64,000 nt of DNA from Gemmatimonadota bacterium (GTDB taxonomy: Bacteria; Gemmatimonadota; Gemmatimonadetes; Gemmatimonadales; GWC2-71-9). The stretch spans positions 1,266-65,265 of the forward strand of contig JBDHDE010000030.1 in NCBI GenBank assembly GCA_039591655.1. Direction: 5' to 3'. Shown here one piece after another: positions 6,957 through 19,009 of this stretch. The position numbers and the translations under genes were made by a program. The notes beneath the pieces were generated by a model. That model had not been told where the DNA came from. It ran no database searches and saw nothing but the letters and a program-made list of their open reading frames with translations. How positions within the stretch are numbered: the stretch's first letter is position 1; every line of letters starts with the position of its first letter.

Positions 6957-9386
6957 CTAACCCTCCCGCTGTCCCTCGAGCGGCACGATCTCATCTCCGA
7001 CAACGTCGAGCCCCATACTGTTCATCAACCCCCGGAATCGCTCGTGACCCCACAGGCCCTCCCAGGGCGGTCGCCGCAGCATCATATCCGAGAGCCTGGG
7101 ATCGCGCTCCTCGACTGCGCGCTCCATCAGCTCGAACGCCTGACTCGTATCACCCATCGCGAGCGCCGCACTCGCCATGGTGAACCCCGACACCCAGCGC
7201 TGCTGCGAATCCTGCCGCACACTCTGCTCGACCTCCTCGTACAGTTGACGCACCATGCTGTGGTCGCCGAGCCGGGCGTACGTGTGCATCCGTCCCAGGT
7301 TGTCATTGTATCGGTCAAACACGGCGAGTGCGTCCTCGAGCCTGCCTGCCGCGACGTGCGTCCACCCAAGGAAAGATGGGGCGAAAGTCGAGTCCAGCGC
7401 ATGCATCCTGTGGTACTGTCCGACGGCCTCGTCTACGCGGTGCGCGGCCAAAAGAGCGTCGCTCAGGTTCTGATTGATGATGAGCGATAGCGGATCCAGC
7501 TCCAGGGCCCTACGCAACTCGGCGATACCTTCATCGATTCGACCGACCCAAACCAGCCAGCTGCCATGCCATTGCCGGGCCGTTGCGTAGTTGGGGCTGA
7601 GCGCGATGGCGCGCCGAAATGCCTCTTCGGCTCCATCTAGGTCCCATTCGTAATATTCCCGGATTGCTGCCAACGACGCGTACGCTTCGCCCACCGTACT
7701 GTCGATTGCCAGTGCCCGGAGCGCGGCAGCTTTCGCTAGGGGGATCGCCTCCACCGGTTTTGTGTACGCGTACCACGGCATTAGCAGGTGAGCTTCGGCC
7801 AATCCCACATGTGCAAGCGCGAACCCCGAGTCAGCCGCAACCGCCGAACTGAAGTAGTCGATCGCTTGGCGGACACCCTGGTCCGTTCGCTTGTTCCAGA
7901 AGAACCGACCCAGCTGATAGGCGTCGTACGCCTCCGTGCTCGCAGTGGGTTGCGCCGCGAGCTTCGCCTGCTCTTCCGGTGCGACGTCCACCCCGAGGAC
8001 AGCGGCAACTTGCCGTGCGATGTCACTCTGGATCTCCACGATAGTCGACACCGATTCGGCCCGATCATAGACATCGGTCCACAGCTGCCCACCGGTTTCA
8101 GGATCGATCAGGCTGGCGTTGATGTGAACCCGCCCCTCCCCTCGCCGCACGCTGCCATCCACGAGATACCGTGCGCCCAGGTCATCGGCGACCTCGCCAT
8201 ATCCCCTGTCTGCTCCGCTCAGGCGCCTTGCCGACCCGTGAGCGATCACGACGAAGCCGCCGAGCTTGGAGATTTGCGCATTGAGGTCCCGCGTGATGCC
8301 GTCGCTGAAGTACTCGTCCTCCTCACTGGCACTCAGGTTCTCGAGCGGAAGCACCGCGAGCCGCAGGCCGTCACCCAACGGCGCAACGTCGGACGCTGTG
8401 CCACCTCCGTCGGCGAGGAGCCACCAACCGGCAGCCGCCAGCACCACCCCCGCGAGTACGGTACCTGCTCCCACGAGCGACTTGCGTCGCGGCCCTGGCA
8501 CCGCACCAACCGGGCGCGTGGTGGTGGGGGTAATACCGCCACTGGGAGTCATCAGCGCCTCGAGCTGCGGCAGCAGCTCGTCCGCACGCTGCCAGCGGTC
8601 TGCCGGCTTCTTCTCCAGACATCGCATTATCAACTGCGCCAGTGCAGGCGGTACGGTCGGGCGATGCTGCGATACATCCTCCGGCGCCTGGGTCACGTGC
8701 GCCGTGAGGATGCTCTGCGCCGTGGGGCCCATGAACGGTGGGCGCCCGGTCAGGAGTTCGTACCCCAACGCCCCGACGGCGTAGATGTCGGCCCGGTGAT
8801 CGATGTGCGGGTCCGCCGCCGCCTGCTCAGGCGCCATGTAAGTGGGCGTGCCAAGAGCCACACCCGCCGTGGTCAGCGCCTGGCGTCCGGTCGCCTCGTC
8901 TACCGCCTTGGCTACGCCGAAGTCCGTCACCAGAGCGTGCTGCTTGGAGAGGAGGATGTTCTCCGGCTTGATGTCACGATGCACCACACCATGCTCGTGG
9001 GCTTCGCTCAGGGCGTCCACCACGTCGCGCATGATGCGGACCGCATCGCCGATGGGCAGCTCTCCCCCGCGGGCGAGCTTGGCCCGGAGCGACTCCCCCT
9101 CGATATACGGCATCACGTAATACAGGAACTCGCCGGCCTTCCCCGAGTCATGCAGTGGGAGGATGTGCGGATGGGTGAGCCTCGCTGCGAGCTCGATCTC
9201 GCGGAAGAAGCGCTCTCCGCCGAGGGCGGCAGCCAGTTCCGGCCGCAGAACCTTCACCGCGACCTGCCGGCGGTGCTTGAGATCCTCGGCGAGGTACACA
9301 GTCGCCATGCCGCCCGCGCCAATCTCCCGCTCGATGGCGTACTTGTCGGCCAGGGCTGTCTTGAGGCGGTCCAGAATGTCAGTCAG
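6957..9386 (-). CDS. membrane Ser/Thr protein kinase with a periplasmic TolB_N-like module and TPR repeats
   Basis: The Hanks kinase domain is present (AVKVL, HRDIKPENILL, DFGVAKA, GTPTYMAPE), followed by one TM segment (GAGTVLAGVVLAAAGWWLL). Next comes LAVLPLENLS..DEYFSDGITRDL...YLVDGSVRR, then TPR-like repeats. The first canonical ATG is at 9308, inside the Gly-rich loop, so I extend to CTG 9386 (see finding). The stop codon is at 6957-6959. Confidence 0.85.
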   Translation of the reverse strand: MTDILDRLKTALADKYAIEREIGAGGMATVYLAEDLKHRRQVAVKVLRPELAAALGGERFFREIELAARLTHPHILPLHDSGKAGEFLYYVMPYIEGESLRAKLARGGELPIGDAVRIMRDVVDALSEAHEHGVVHRDIKPENILLSKQHALVTDFGVAKAVDEATGRQALTTAGVALGTPTYMAPEQAAADPHIDHRADIYAVGALGYELLTGRPPFMGPTAQSILTAHVTQAPEDVSQHRPTVPPALAQLIMRCLEKKPADRWQRADELLPQLEALMTPSGGITPTTTRPVGAVPGPRRKSLVGAGTVLAGVVLAAAGWWLLADGGGTASDVAPLGDGLRLAVLPLENLSASEEDEYFSDGITRDLNAQISKLGGFVVIAHGSARRLSGADRGYGEVADDLGARYLVDGSVRRGEGRVHINASLIDPETGGQLWTDVYDRAESVSTIVEIQSDIARQVAAVLGVDVAPEEQAKLAAQPTASTEAYDAYQLGRFFWNKRTDQGVRQAIDYFSSAVAADSGFALAHVGLAEAHLLMPWYAYTKPVEAIPLAKAAALRALAIDSTVGEAYASLAAIREYYEWDLDGAEEAFRRAIALSPNYATARQWHGSWLVWVGRIDEGIAELRRALELDPLSLIINQNLSDALLAAHRVDEAVGQYHRMHALDSTFAPSFLGWTHVAAGRLEDALAVFDRYNDNLGRMHTYARLGDHSMVRQLYEEVEQSVRQDSQQRWVSGFTMASAALAMGDTSQAFELMERAVEERDPRLSDMMLRRPPWEGLWGHERFRGLMNSMGLDVVGDEIVPLEGQREG

Positions 9387-9423
9387 GAGGATGACTCCGG
9401 TAGCCGTTGCATCATTGGGTACT

Positions 9424-12069
9424 CTACTCCATCTCCAAATCCATCACGTAGATATCGCTCTCGTACTCTGCTAGCGAGAAGTACACCCTGTCATCGCCCA
9501 GCGAATAGATCATCCACACGCTCTTCGTCGGATCGTCGAACCGAACCACCACATGCGGAGTCCCGCCCGCTGCGGGTATCGCGTACAGTCCCAGAGCACC
9601 GGTGGAGTCGGCAGCCCTGAAGTAGATGATGCGGCCGTCCCGAGACCAGCCAGGGAAATCGACGGCAGCGAGCCCTGCCGCTGCGCCATCGAGCAGGATC
9701 TGCTCGTCGCCCTCCAGCGAGATGACTGCGAGCCCGATCCCGACCGGGTACACGAGCCGGTCGCCCTCCGGCGACCAGCTGGCCATCGTGTTGGTGGCGG
9801 CTGCCAGCCGCCGCGGGTCACTCCACTCGCCACCCACGGTGTCGCGACTCATCACGTAGACGGCGGTCTCGTTGTCCGCAAGGCGAACAAAGGCGATTCC
9901 CAGGCCATCCGGCGAGAACGACGGGTGGTAGTCCTCTCCGACGTCGTCGGTCAACCGGATTTCGCTGCCGCCGTCAGCCGACACCAGGAAGAGGTCCCGG
10001 GTGCCGTGACGGCTGGAGTAGAACACGATCTCACTCCCGTCGGGAGAGAGATCCGGATTGAAGTCCTCCCCGGGATCGGTGGTGAGTTGGGTCGGCTCGC
10101 CCCCGTCGACCGGCATCAGGTAGATGTCCTGATTGCCCTCCAGGTTGGAGTCGAACGCAAGCCGGCGTCCGTCCCGCGACACCCCGTGACCCTCGGCGAT
10201 CTGGTTCCCGCGGGTCACGGGCGTCGCGTCGGAGATCGACACACTGCCTCTCTCCGGTACGGCGAGCTGCCATATGTTCCGCCGCAAGGCGAACTGGGAG
10301 TAGGCCACCGTGGAGCCATCGGCAGACACGGAGATCGAGTGGGGATCCAGTCCGGTGGTGACCCGCACGGGCTGGCCCCGGGGCCGCCCGGAAACATCCA
10401 GCCGGAGCACGTAGATGTCCCGCGGACCGTCTCGGTTGGAGACGAACAGCAAGTGCCTGCCGCCCGGCATCCAGGCGGGGCTCACGTTGAGCGACGGATG
10501 GTCGGTCACCTGGACAGGCTCGCCATCACCCACCCCAGCGATCCAGATGGAGCTGGGCGCCACGTTGCCGAGGCTCCTCGCCCGGATGAACTCGACATTC
10601 CCCTCGACCCAGGCCAGCTTGGAGCCATCCGGGGACAGAGCAGCAGAGTGAGGCCAGAGCGGCACCGCCCTGACGGAGATCTCCTCGCCTCCGTCGATGG
10701 GCCGTACCAGCAGGCTTTCTGCGCGGAAGCCGCGGGCGTAAGCCACGCGGCCGGCGCGCACATCCCACATGAGGGCGTTGGCGATCGTCCTCGTGGACCC
10801 GCCCAACCGGGGGATCATGAGGGAAGCCAAACTGACGTCCGTGAACTCGACGAACACGACGCTCCGCCCGTCGGGCGTCCAGCGCGGATTCCCCTGCCGC
10901 CCCGGCCGGTCGGCGGTGAGCGGGAACGCTCTCCCCCCACCGAGGTCCTTGACGAAGATGTCCCAGTCCCCACCAAACCCGGCGCTGTAGGCTACCTCTC
11001 GGCCGTCCGGAGAGACCGCCGGCTCGATCTCTATCTCCGGGGCACGCGTGAGTTGCCGGATGTTGGAGACCGTGACCACGGGTTGGCTGGGCCTGAGCAA
11101 GCTCCACCCGAAGAAACCCAGCACGGCGATCGCCACCACGACTCCGGTGCCCACCGCCACATTCCCGGGCCGAACGGCACGCACCGGGGCAACCGGCTTC
11201 GTATCTGCGGGGGTGATGCCACCGCTCGGTGTGGTGAGCGTCTCGAGCTGCCGCAGCAGCTCCTCGCCGGTCTGCCAGCGGTCGGCAGGCTTCTTCTCGA
11301 GACACCGCATCACGAGCGACGCCAGAGCCGGCGGCACTGTCTCCCGGTGCTTCGTAACCGGCTCTGCAGGCTCGGTCACGTGCGCTGCCAGGACTACCTG
11401 CGGAGCTGCTCCGACGAACGGGGGCCGGCCGGCCAGCATCTCGTAGGCCAGCACTCCCACCGCGTAGATGTCCGCCCGGTGATCCACGTGCGGGTCGGCG
11501 GTTGCTTGCTCGGGGGCCATGTAGGTCGGGGTCCCCAGCGCCACACCCGCAGTCGTGAGCTTGTCCCGTCCGGCCGCCTCGCTCACCGCCTTGGCTACGC
11601 CGAAGTCCGTCACCAGCCCGTGACGGTCGGAGAGCATCACGTTGTCCGGCTTAATATCCCGGTGTACGACGCCACGCTTATGTGCGTGGGTGAGCGCGTC
11701 CACCACGTCCCGCAGGAGCCGCACGGCCTCACCTACCGGAAGCTCGCCCTCCCTCGCCAGCTTGTCTCTCAGTGAAAGGCCGGCTTCGTACGGCATCACG
11801 TAGTAGAGGAAGCCGTCCGCGTCACCCGAATCGTACAGTGGCAAGATGTGGGGGTGATGCAGCTGAGCTGCGATCTCTATCTCGCGCAGGAAGCGCTCGG
11901 ACCCGAGCGCGGCAGCGAGATCAGGCCGGAGCACCTTGACGGCGACCTGGCGGCGGTGCTTCAGGTCCTCGGCCAGGTACACGGTAGCCATACCGCCGCT
12001 ACCGAGCTCCCGCTCGATGGCGTACTTATCGGCCAGGGCTGTCTTGAGGCGGTCCAGAAGGTCGGTCAG
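9424..12069 (-). CDS. membrane Ser/Thr protein kinase with TolB-like (PD40/WD40-like) beta-propeller repeats
   Basis: The kinase domain is paralogous to the downstream gene (same motifs, HRDIKPDNVML). It has one TM segment and many repeats of the PDG..(V/L)A(Y/F) type (SPDGREVAYS, TPDGRSVVFV, SPDGSKLAWV, SRDGRRLAFDS, SPDGSEIVFYS, SPDGLGIAFV). The first canonical ATG is at 11991, so I extend to CTG 12069. Confidence 0.85.
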   Translation of the reverse strand: MTDLLDRLKTALADKYAIERELGSGGMATVYLAEDLKHRRQVAVKVLRPDLAAALGSERFLREIEIAAQLHHPHILPLYDSGDADGFLYYVMPYEAGLSLRDKLAREGELPVGEAVRLLRDVVDALTHAHKRGVVHRDIKPDNVMLSDRHGLVTDFGVAKAVSEAAGRDKLTTAGVALGTPTYMAPEQATADPHVDHRADIYAVGVLAYEMLAGRPPFVGAAPQVVLAAHVTEPAEPVTKHRETVPPALASLVMRCLEKKPADRWQTGEELLRQLETLTTPSGGITPADTKPVAPVRAVRPGNVAVGTGVVVAIAVLGFFGWSLLRPSQPVVTVSNIRQLTRAPEIEIEPAVSPDGREVAYSAGFGGDWDIFVKDLGGGRAFPLTADRPGRQGNPRWTPDGRSVVFVEFTDVSLASLMIPRLGGSTRTIANALMWDVRAGRVAYARGFRAESLLVRPIDGGEEISVRAVPLWPHSAALSPDGSKLAWVEGNVEFIRARSLGNVAPSSIWIAGVGDGEPVQVTDHPSLNVSPAWMPGGRHLLFVSNRDGPRDIYVLRLDVSGRPRGQPVRVTTGLDPHSISVSADGSTVAYSQFALRRNIWQLAVPERGSVSISDATPVTRGNQIAEGHGVSRDGRRLAFDSNLEGNQDIYLMPVDGGEPTQLTTDPGEDFNPDLSPDGSEIVFYSSRHGTRDLFLVSADGGSEIRLTDDVGEDYHPSFSPDGLGIAFVRLADNETAVYVMSRDTVGGEWSDPRRLAAATNTMASWSPEGDRLVYPVGIGLAVISLEGDEQILLDGAAAGLAAVDFPGWSRDGRIIYFRAADSTGALGLYAIPAAGGTPHVVVRFDDPTKSVWMIYSLGDDRVYFSLAEYESDIYVMDLEME

Positions 12070-12248
12070 GAGGACGACTCCGGTAGCCGTAGGATTCTAA
12101 GCTACGTATTGATGTTCGGTGAGGCCAGGTTGTGACGGGCGCATCAGGGACCCGGCCTCGGCTCCCCGGTCAGTCGAACCAGGGCCTCCCGCCCCTCCTC
12201 CCACCACGGGTTGAGCTCGGGGGTCGCGTGCTCGGGCCCGAGGTCAGT

Positions 12249-13247
12249 CTATCCAGAATCACACGCACGCAACGCCGCCGCGGCGTCCTCGGGAGCCGTG
12301 GTGGCGATAGCCATCCCCGTGGCCAACTCGAACCCCCCGGTCACCGTCAGGCGCGGCTGAATCCGCACGTGCCAGCTGAACCCCTCCATGGGCTCGCTCC
12401 CGAACGGGGCCGAGTACACCACCACGTTGCAGTCGGGATCGTCGAATGCCGCGGTTACGCGCCGCAGGGCGTCGTGCAGCGCGGCGGCGAAGGCCGCCAG
12501 CGCATCATCGCCCAGAGTCTCGAACCGCGCACCACCCTCCCACGGTAACACCCACGCCTCGCCGGGCCACTGGGGGGCGTAGGGAGTGAGCGTGACGTAG
12601 CCTTCAGTCGCGGCAACGATCCTCGCGCCGTCCGCCACCTCTTCGGCGATCAGCCGCGCGTATACCGACGCGCCGTGCTGCTGCCGGTACCCCGCCGCGA
12701 CTGCCAACATCCGGCGGAGCGCCGTGGGGACCACCGGGGTCGCCGCGAGCTGCCAGTGCGGATGCATCAGGGAGGCCCCCGCCCGGAGGCCGTGGTTCTT
12801 GAACAGGATGCTGTAGGCGAGCCCTGGGCGGGAAGCAAGCCACCGCATGCGCTCCCGAGCCGCCAACAGCGCTTCCCGCAAGACGGCGGCATCACTGGGG
12901 GTGAGACACGGCCGGTGGTCCGGCCCCTCGACTATCACCTCGTGGTGCCCCTTGGCGGCTCGGTGCAGCCTGAGACTGGCGGCGGCGTCACCACTACCAC
13001 TGTTCGGGAGATCGGGAACCAAGGCTGGGTACTTGTTGGAAACCGCACGGACGATCCATGATCCCCGTTCCGGACGCCGCGAGATCTCCGGCGGGGTCAG
13101 CGCCTCGTTCCCGGGACAGAAGGGACAGTCGGGATCACGCTGGGGTGCTTCGGGGCGCTGCTTCACTCGAACGCCCGGTCGCGCCGCCCGCTCCGGGGCA
13201 ATGATCACCCACTCGTTCGTGGTCGGGTCCCGTCGCAACTCCGGCAC
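12249..13247 (-). CDS. galactose-1-phosphate uridylyltransferase (GalT/HIT class) family nucleotidyltransferase
   Basis: GGGGAG plus an 8-nt spacer precedes GTG 13247, which is 14 nt after the upstream stop. The product has DPTTNEWVIIAPERAARPG, the zinc-knuckle-like CPFCPGNE, and HHEVIVE and HPHWQL (HxHxQ-type active site). The 53 codons upstream in ORF ..13406 overlap the previous gene and are not credited. Confidence 0.8.
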   Translation of the reverse strand: MPELRRDPTTNEWVIIAPERAARPGVRVKQRPEAPQRDPDCPFCPGNEALTPPEISRRPERGSWIVRAVSNKYPALVPDLPNSGSGDAAASLRLHRAAKGHHEVIVEGPDHRPCLTPSDAAVLREALLAARERMRWLASRPGLAYSILFKNHGLRAGASLMHPHWQLAATPVVPTALRRMLAVAAGYRQQHGASVYARLIAEEVADGARIVAATEGYVTLTPYAPQWPGEAWVLPWEGGARFETLGDDALAAFAAALHDALRRVTAAFDDPDCNVVVYSAPFGSEPMEGFSWHVRIQPRLTVTGGFELATGMAIATTAPEDAAAALRACDSG

Positions 13248-13261
13248 TACTGGCGCTCCCC

Positions 13262-14704
13262 TCAGGTGTCGCCCTGGGGTTCCGCCCGCAGGAATCGATC
13301 TGGATCGGCCAGGAACTGCTTGAGGCACTCGGCGCTGTTGAAGTAGTAGGTCCGGCCTTCGTAGACCGTCGTCGCCGACTCGTTGGGGTCCACGGCACGG
13401 CCGCACACCGGGTCGAGCACCTCACCCGTGGGCCCCACCGTGCCGACCGGTGAGGAACCGCCGGACGTCAACCCGAGCACCGAGGCGTACAACTTCAGCT
13501 CGTCGGCGATCATGCGGGTCAGCAGAAAGCGATCGCGCACCAGCTCCCGTCCCAGAATGCCCAACTCCAGGGCCGCTCCGCGGTCCCGGACGAATCGCAC
13601 GATCTGCCGTGCGCTCTCCTCGATGGTATCCACCAGCACGCCGCCCACGCCGCCCTCCATCTGCAGGGGGATGCCACCCACGCCCCGAGCCACCATGGGC
13701 GTGCCCTTCCACAGCGTTTCGGAAACCACCAGACCGAAGCCCTCCCGGGTGGAGAGCTGCACCCCCACGTCGGCCATCCGCTGGAACGCGTTCACCTCGA
13801 TGTTGCCGGTGCCCGTGAGGTTCGTGTGGATGGCGATGTCCGGATCCCGGTCCCCTTCGTCCCGGATCTCCTCGTAGATGTCCCAGCCCTCGGGGTCGTC
13901 CAGCGCCATGGAGCCCACCAGCGCCAGCTGGAGATCGGGGATCTCGTCCTTGGCGAGCCGGTACGCCTTGATGGCGCCCATGGGGTCCTTCCACGGGTCG
14001 AACCGGGAGACCTGCGTCATCAGGGGACGATCGACATCCACCCCGATCCACTGCAGCACCGCGTTCGCCATGTCCGGCGGGAGCTCCATGTTCTTTGGGC
14101 TCTCGGGGTCGATAGCCGGCGGAATGATCTCCGCCCGACCAATGGGCAGATCCGGCGGTACGAACCCCCCGAGCGTGAAGACGGCTGCATCGTAGTGCAC
14201 CAGGAACGGACGCAGGAACTTCCAGACGTCAGGGTTGGGCTGTGAGGTGTCGATGTGACAGCGCCAGATCCACTTGCTCGAGCCCCGGCCCCGGTACTCC
14301 AGCATGCCCATGGGCTGGGGATCGTGGATGAAGTGCAGGTCGTAGTCCTGCTCCTGCAGCTCGGCGTTGTGCTTCGCGTTCTCGATGTAGACGTCGCGAT
14401 CGATATCGGTGAGGCCGCGCAGCGAGCCCTGCAGTCCGTTGTGCATGGCCTTGGTGGCACGGAAGAACGCCTCGCCGCCCGTGATCAGCTTCCACTCCGC
14501 GTGGATCCCGAGGTCTCGCAGTAGCGGAATCTCCGCACGCAGGATCTCGGCGACGCCGCCGCCGTAGGGCGTGGCGTTGACGTGCAGAATCCGCACGCCC
14601 TCCAGCGGCTTGGCCAGCTCCCGCAACTGCTGCACGGCGTCGCGTCCCGCGCTGTGCTCGTACGCCGCGATACTCCTGCGACCTACATCAACCGTCTGAA
14701 GCAT
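13262..14704 (-). CDS. GT4 glycosyltransferase, trehalose synthase (TreT)-like, with a C-terminal YHS domain
   Basis: An AAGGTGG Shine-Dalgarno precedes ATG 14704. [53 protein letters not shown] matches my memory of TreT-type N-termini, and there is a GT-B C-domain ([17 protein letters not shown]). The last 50 aa or so, [41 protein letters not shown], form a YHS/TRASH-type motif. Confidence 0.75.
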   Translation of the reverse strand: MLQTVDVGRRSIAAYEHSAGRDAVQQLRELAKPLEGVRILHVNATPYGGGVAEILRAEIPLLRDLGIHAEWKLITGGEAFFRATKAMHNGLQGSLRGLTDIDRDVYIENAKHNAELQEQDYDLHFIHDPQPMGMLEYRGRGSSKWIWRCHIDTSQPNPDVWKFLRPFLVHYDAAVFTLGGFVPPDLPIGRAEIIPPAIDPESPKNMELPPDMANAVLQWIGVDVDRPLMTQVSRFDPWKDPMGAIKAYRLAKDEIPDLQLALVGSMALDDPEGWDIYEEIRDEGDRDPDIAIHTNLTGTGNIEVNAFQRMADVGVQLSTREGFGLVVSETLWKGTPMVARGVGGIPLQMEGGVGGVLVDTIEESARQIVRFVRDRGAALELGILGRELVRDRFLLTRMIADELKLYASVLGLTSGGSSPVGTVGPTGEVLDPVCGRAVDPNESATTVYEGRTYYFNSAECLKQFLADPDRFLRAEPQGDT

Positions 14705-14940
14705 CCACCACCTTAGGACTCGAGGGATCGGATCTTCGGGTCCGGCGCGCCGCTCCCGAAGCACGGGCCCCATTATTGCCCTGCCCGGGGCATAGCGCAA
14801 ACCACCGCCGGACTATAGATTGCGTGTCACAATCGAGTTTCGTGGTGATTTGCGGCATATTGCAGCCACGCTAAACAAGTCGCTAAAAAGCCCGCGCCCG
14901 GCGCTTCTTTAGCGGCGGGAGCTTTGTTTTCTGGGGGGCG

Positions 14941-15100
14941 GCGGCGAGCGCGTGGCCGGGCGGCCACTGAAGCGAACGTCAACAAGGAGTAGGCGAGCGG
15001 GAGGGGCCTGCCAAAGCGAACGTCAGTGCAGCACGGGCCCGGTGCAAAGCGAGCGGGGGTGGCCCACTGGAGCGAACGTTAGTGCAGCGCGTTAGGAGGG
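14941..15100 (+). repeat. degenerate direct repeats in the metH upstream region
   Basis: There are three copies of ggcc-N3-5-(a/g)agcgaacgt(c/t)a(a/g)..ca, starting near 14962, 15005 and 15061. The motif gcgagcg(a)gg(g/a)g recurs near 14944, 14991 and 15049, and again inside the 34-bp repeats. Confidence 0.7.
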
Positions 15101-15172
15101 ATGGCCCGCACATGGAGGGAGACCGTTTGCAAGGAACAATGAGACTACCGGGAACTCCGGCAAACTGCAGTT

Positions 15173-15282
15173 CGCGAAAGTGGGTCACCCCCGCGAGCGA
15201 GGGAGTCGCGAAAGTGGGTCACCCCCGCGAGCGAGGGAGTCGCGAAAGTGGGTCACCCCGGCGAGCGACGGAGTCGCTGAGG
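15173..15282 (+). repeat. tandem repeat, 3 x 34 bp plus an 8-bp partial unit, abutting the metH start
   Basis: The unit is cgcgaaagtgggtcacccccgcgagcgagggagt, at 15173-15206 and 15207-15240 (identical) and at 15241-15274 (2 mismatches). The partial unit cgctgagg follows at 15275-15282. The metH GTG is at 15290. Confidence 0.95.
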
Positions 15283-15289
15283 TAGGTCG

Positions 15290-19005
<3,716 letters not shown>

Positions 19006-19009
<4 letters not shown>

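Noticed and set aside
15084-15180. GGAGGGAUGGCCC (15086-15098) is identical to the SAM-I core GGAGGGA.GGCCC. GCAA and CUGCAG follow downstream, upstream of a metH/yitJ-like operon. GCGCGUUAGG and GCGAGCGAGGG also resemble THF-riboswitch blocks.
   Set aside because: The flanking SAM-I invariants (UUAUC.AGAG.GG before the core, GCAACC directly after P2, GGUGC.AA.UCC, and the closing GAUAAG-type P1) are absent or misplaced, and only a 5-bp P1 can be drawn. The purine tract is equally well explained as AGGAGGG + ATG of a 13-codon ORF. The THF resemblance is limited to short GC-rich words.
15173-15282. Possible CRISPR array or coding repeat.
   Set aside because: The 34-bp units are directly adjacent with no spacers, and no cas genes are present. 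The unit length is not a multiple of 3, so the ORF 15082..15285 in the track is an artefact of the repeats.
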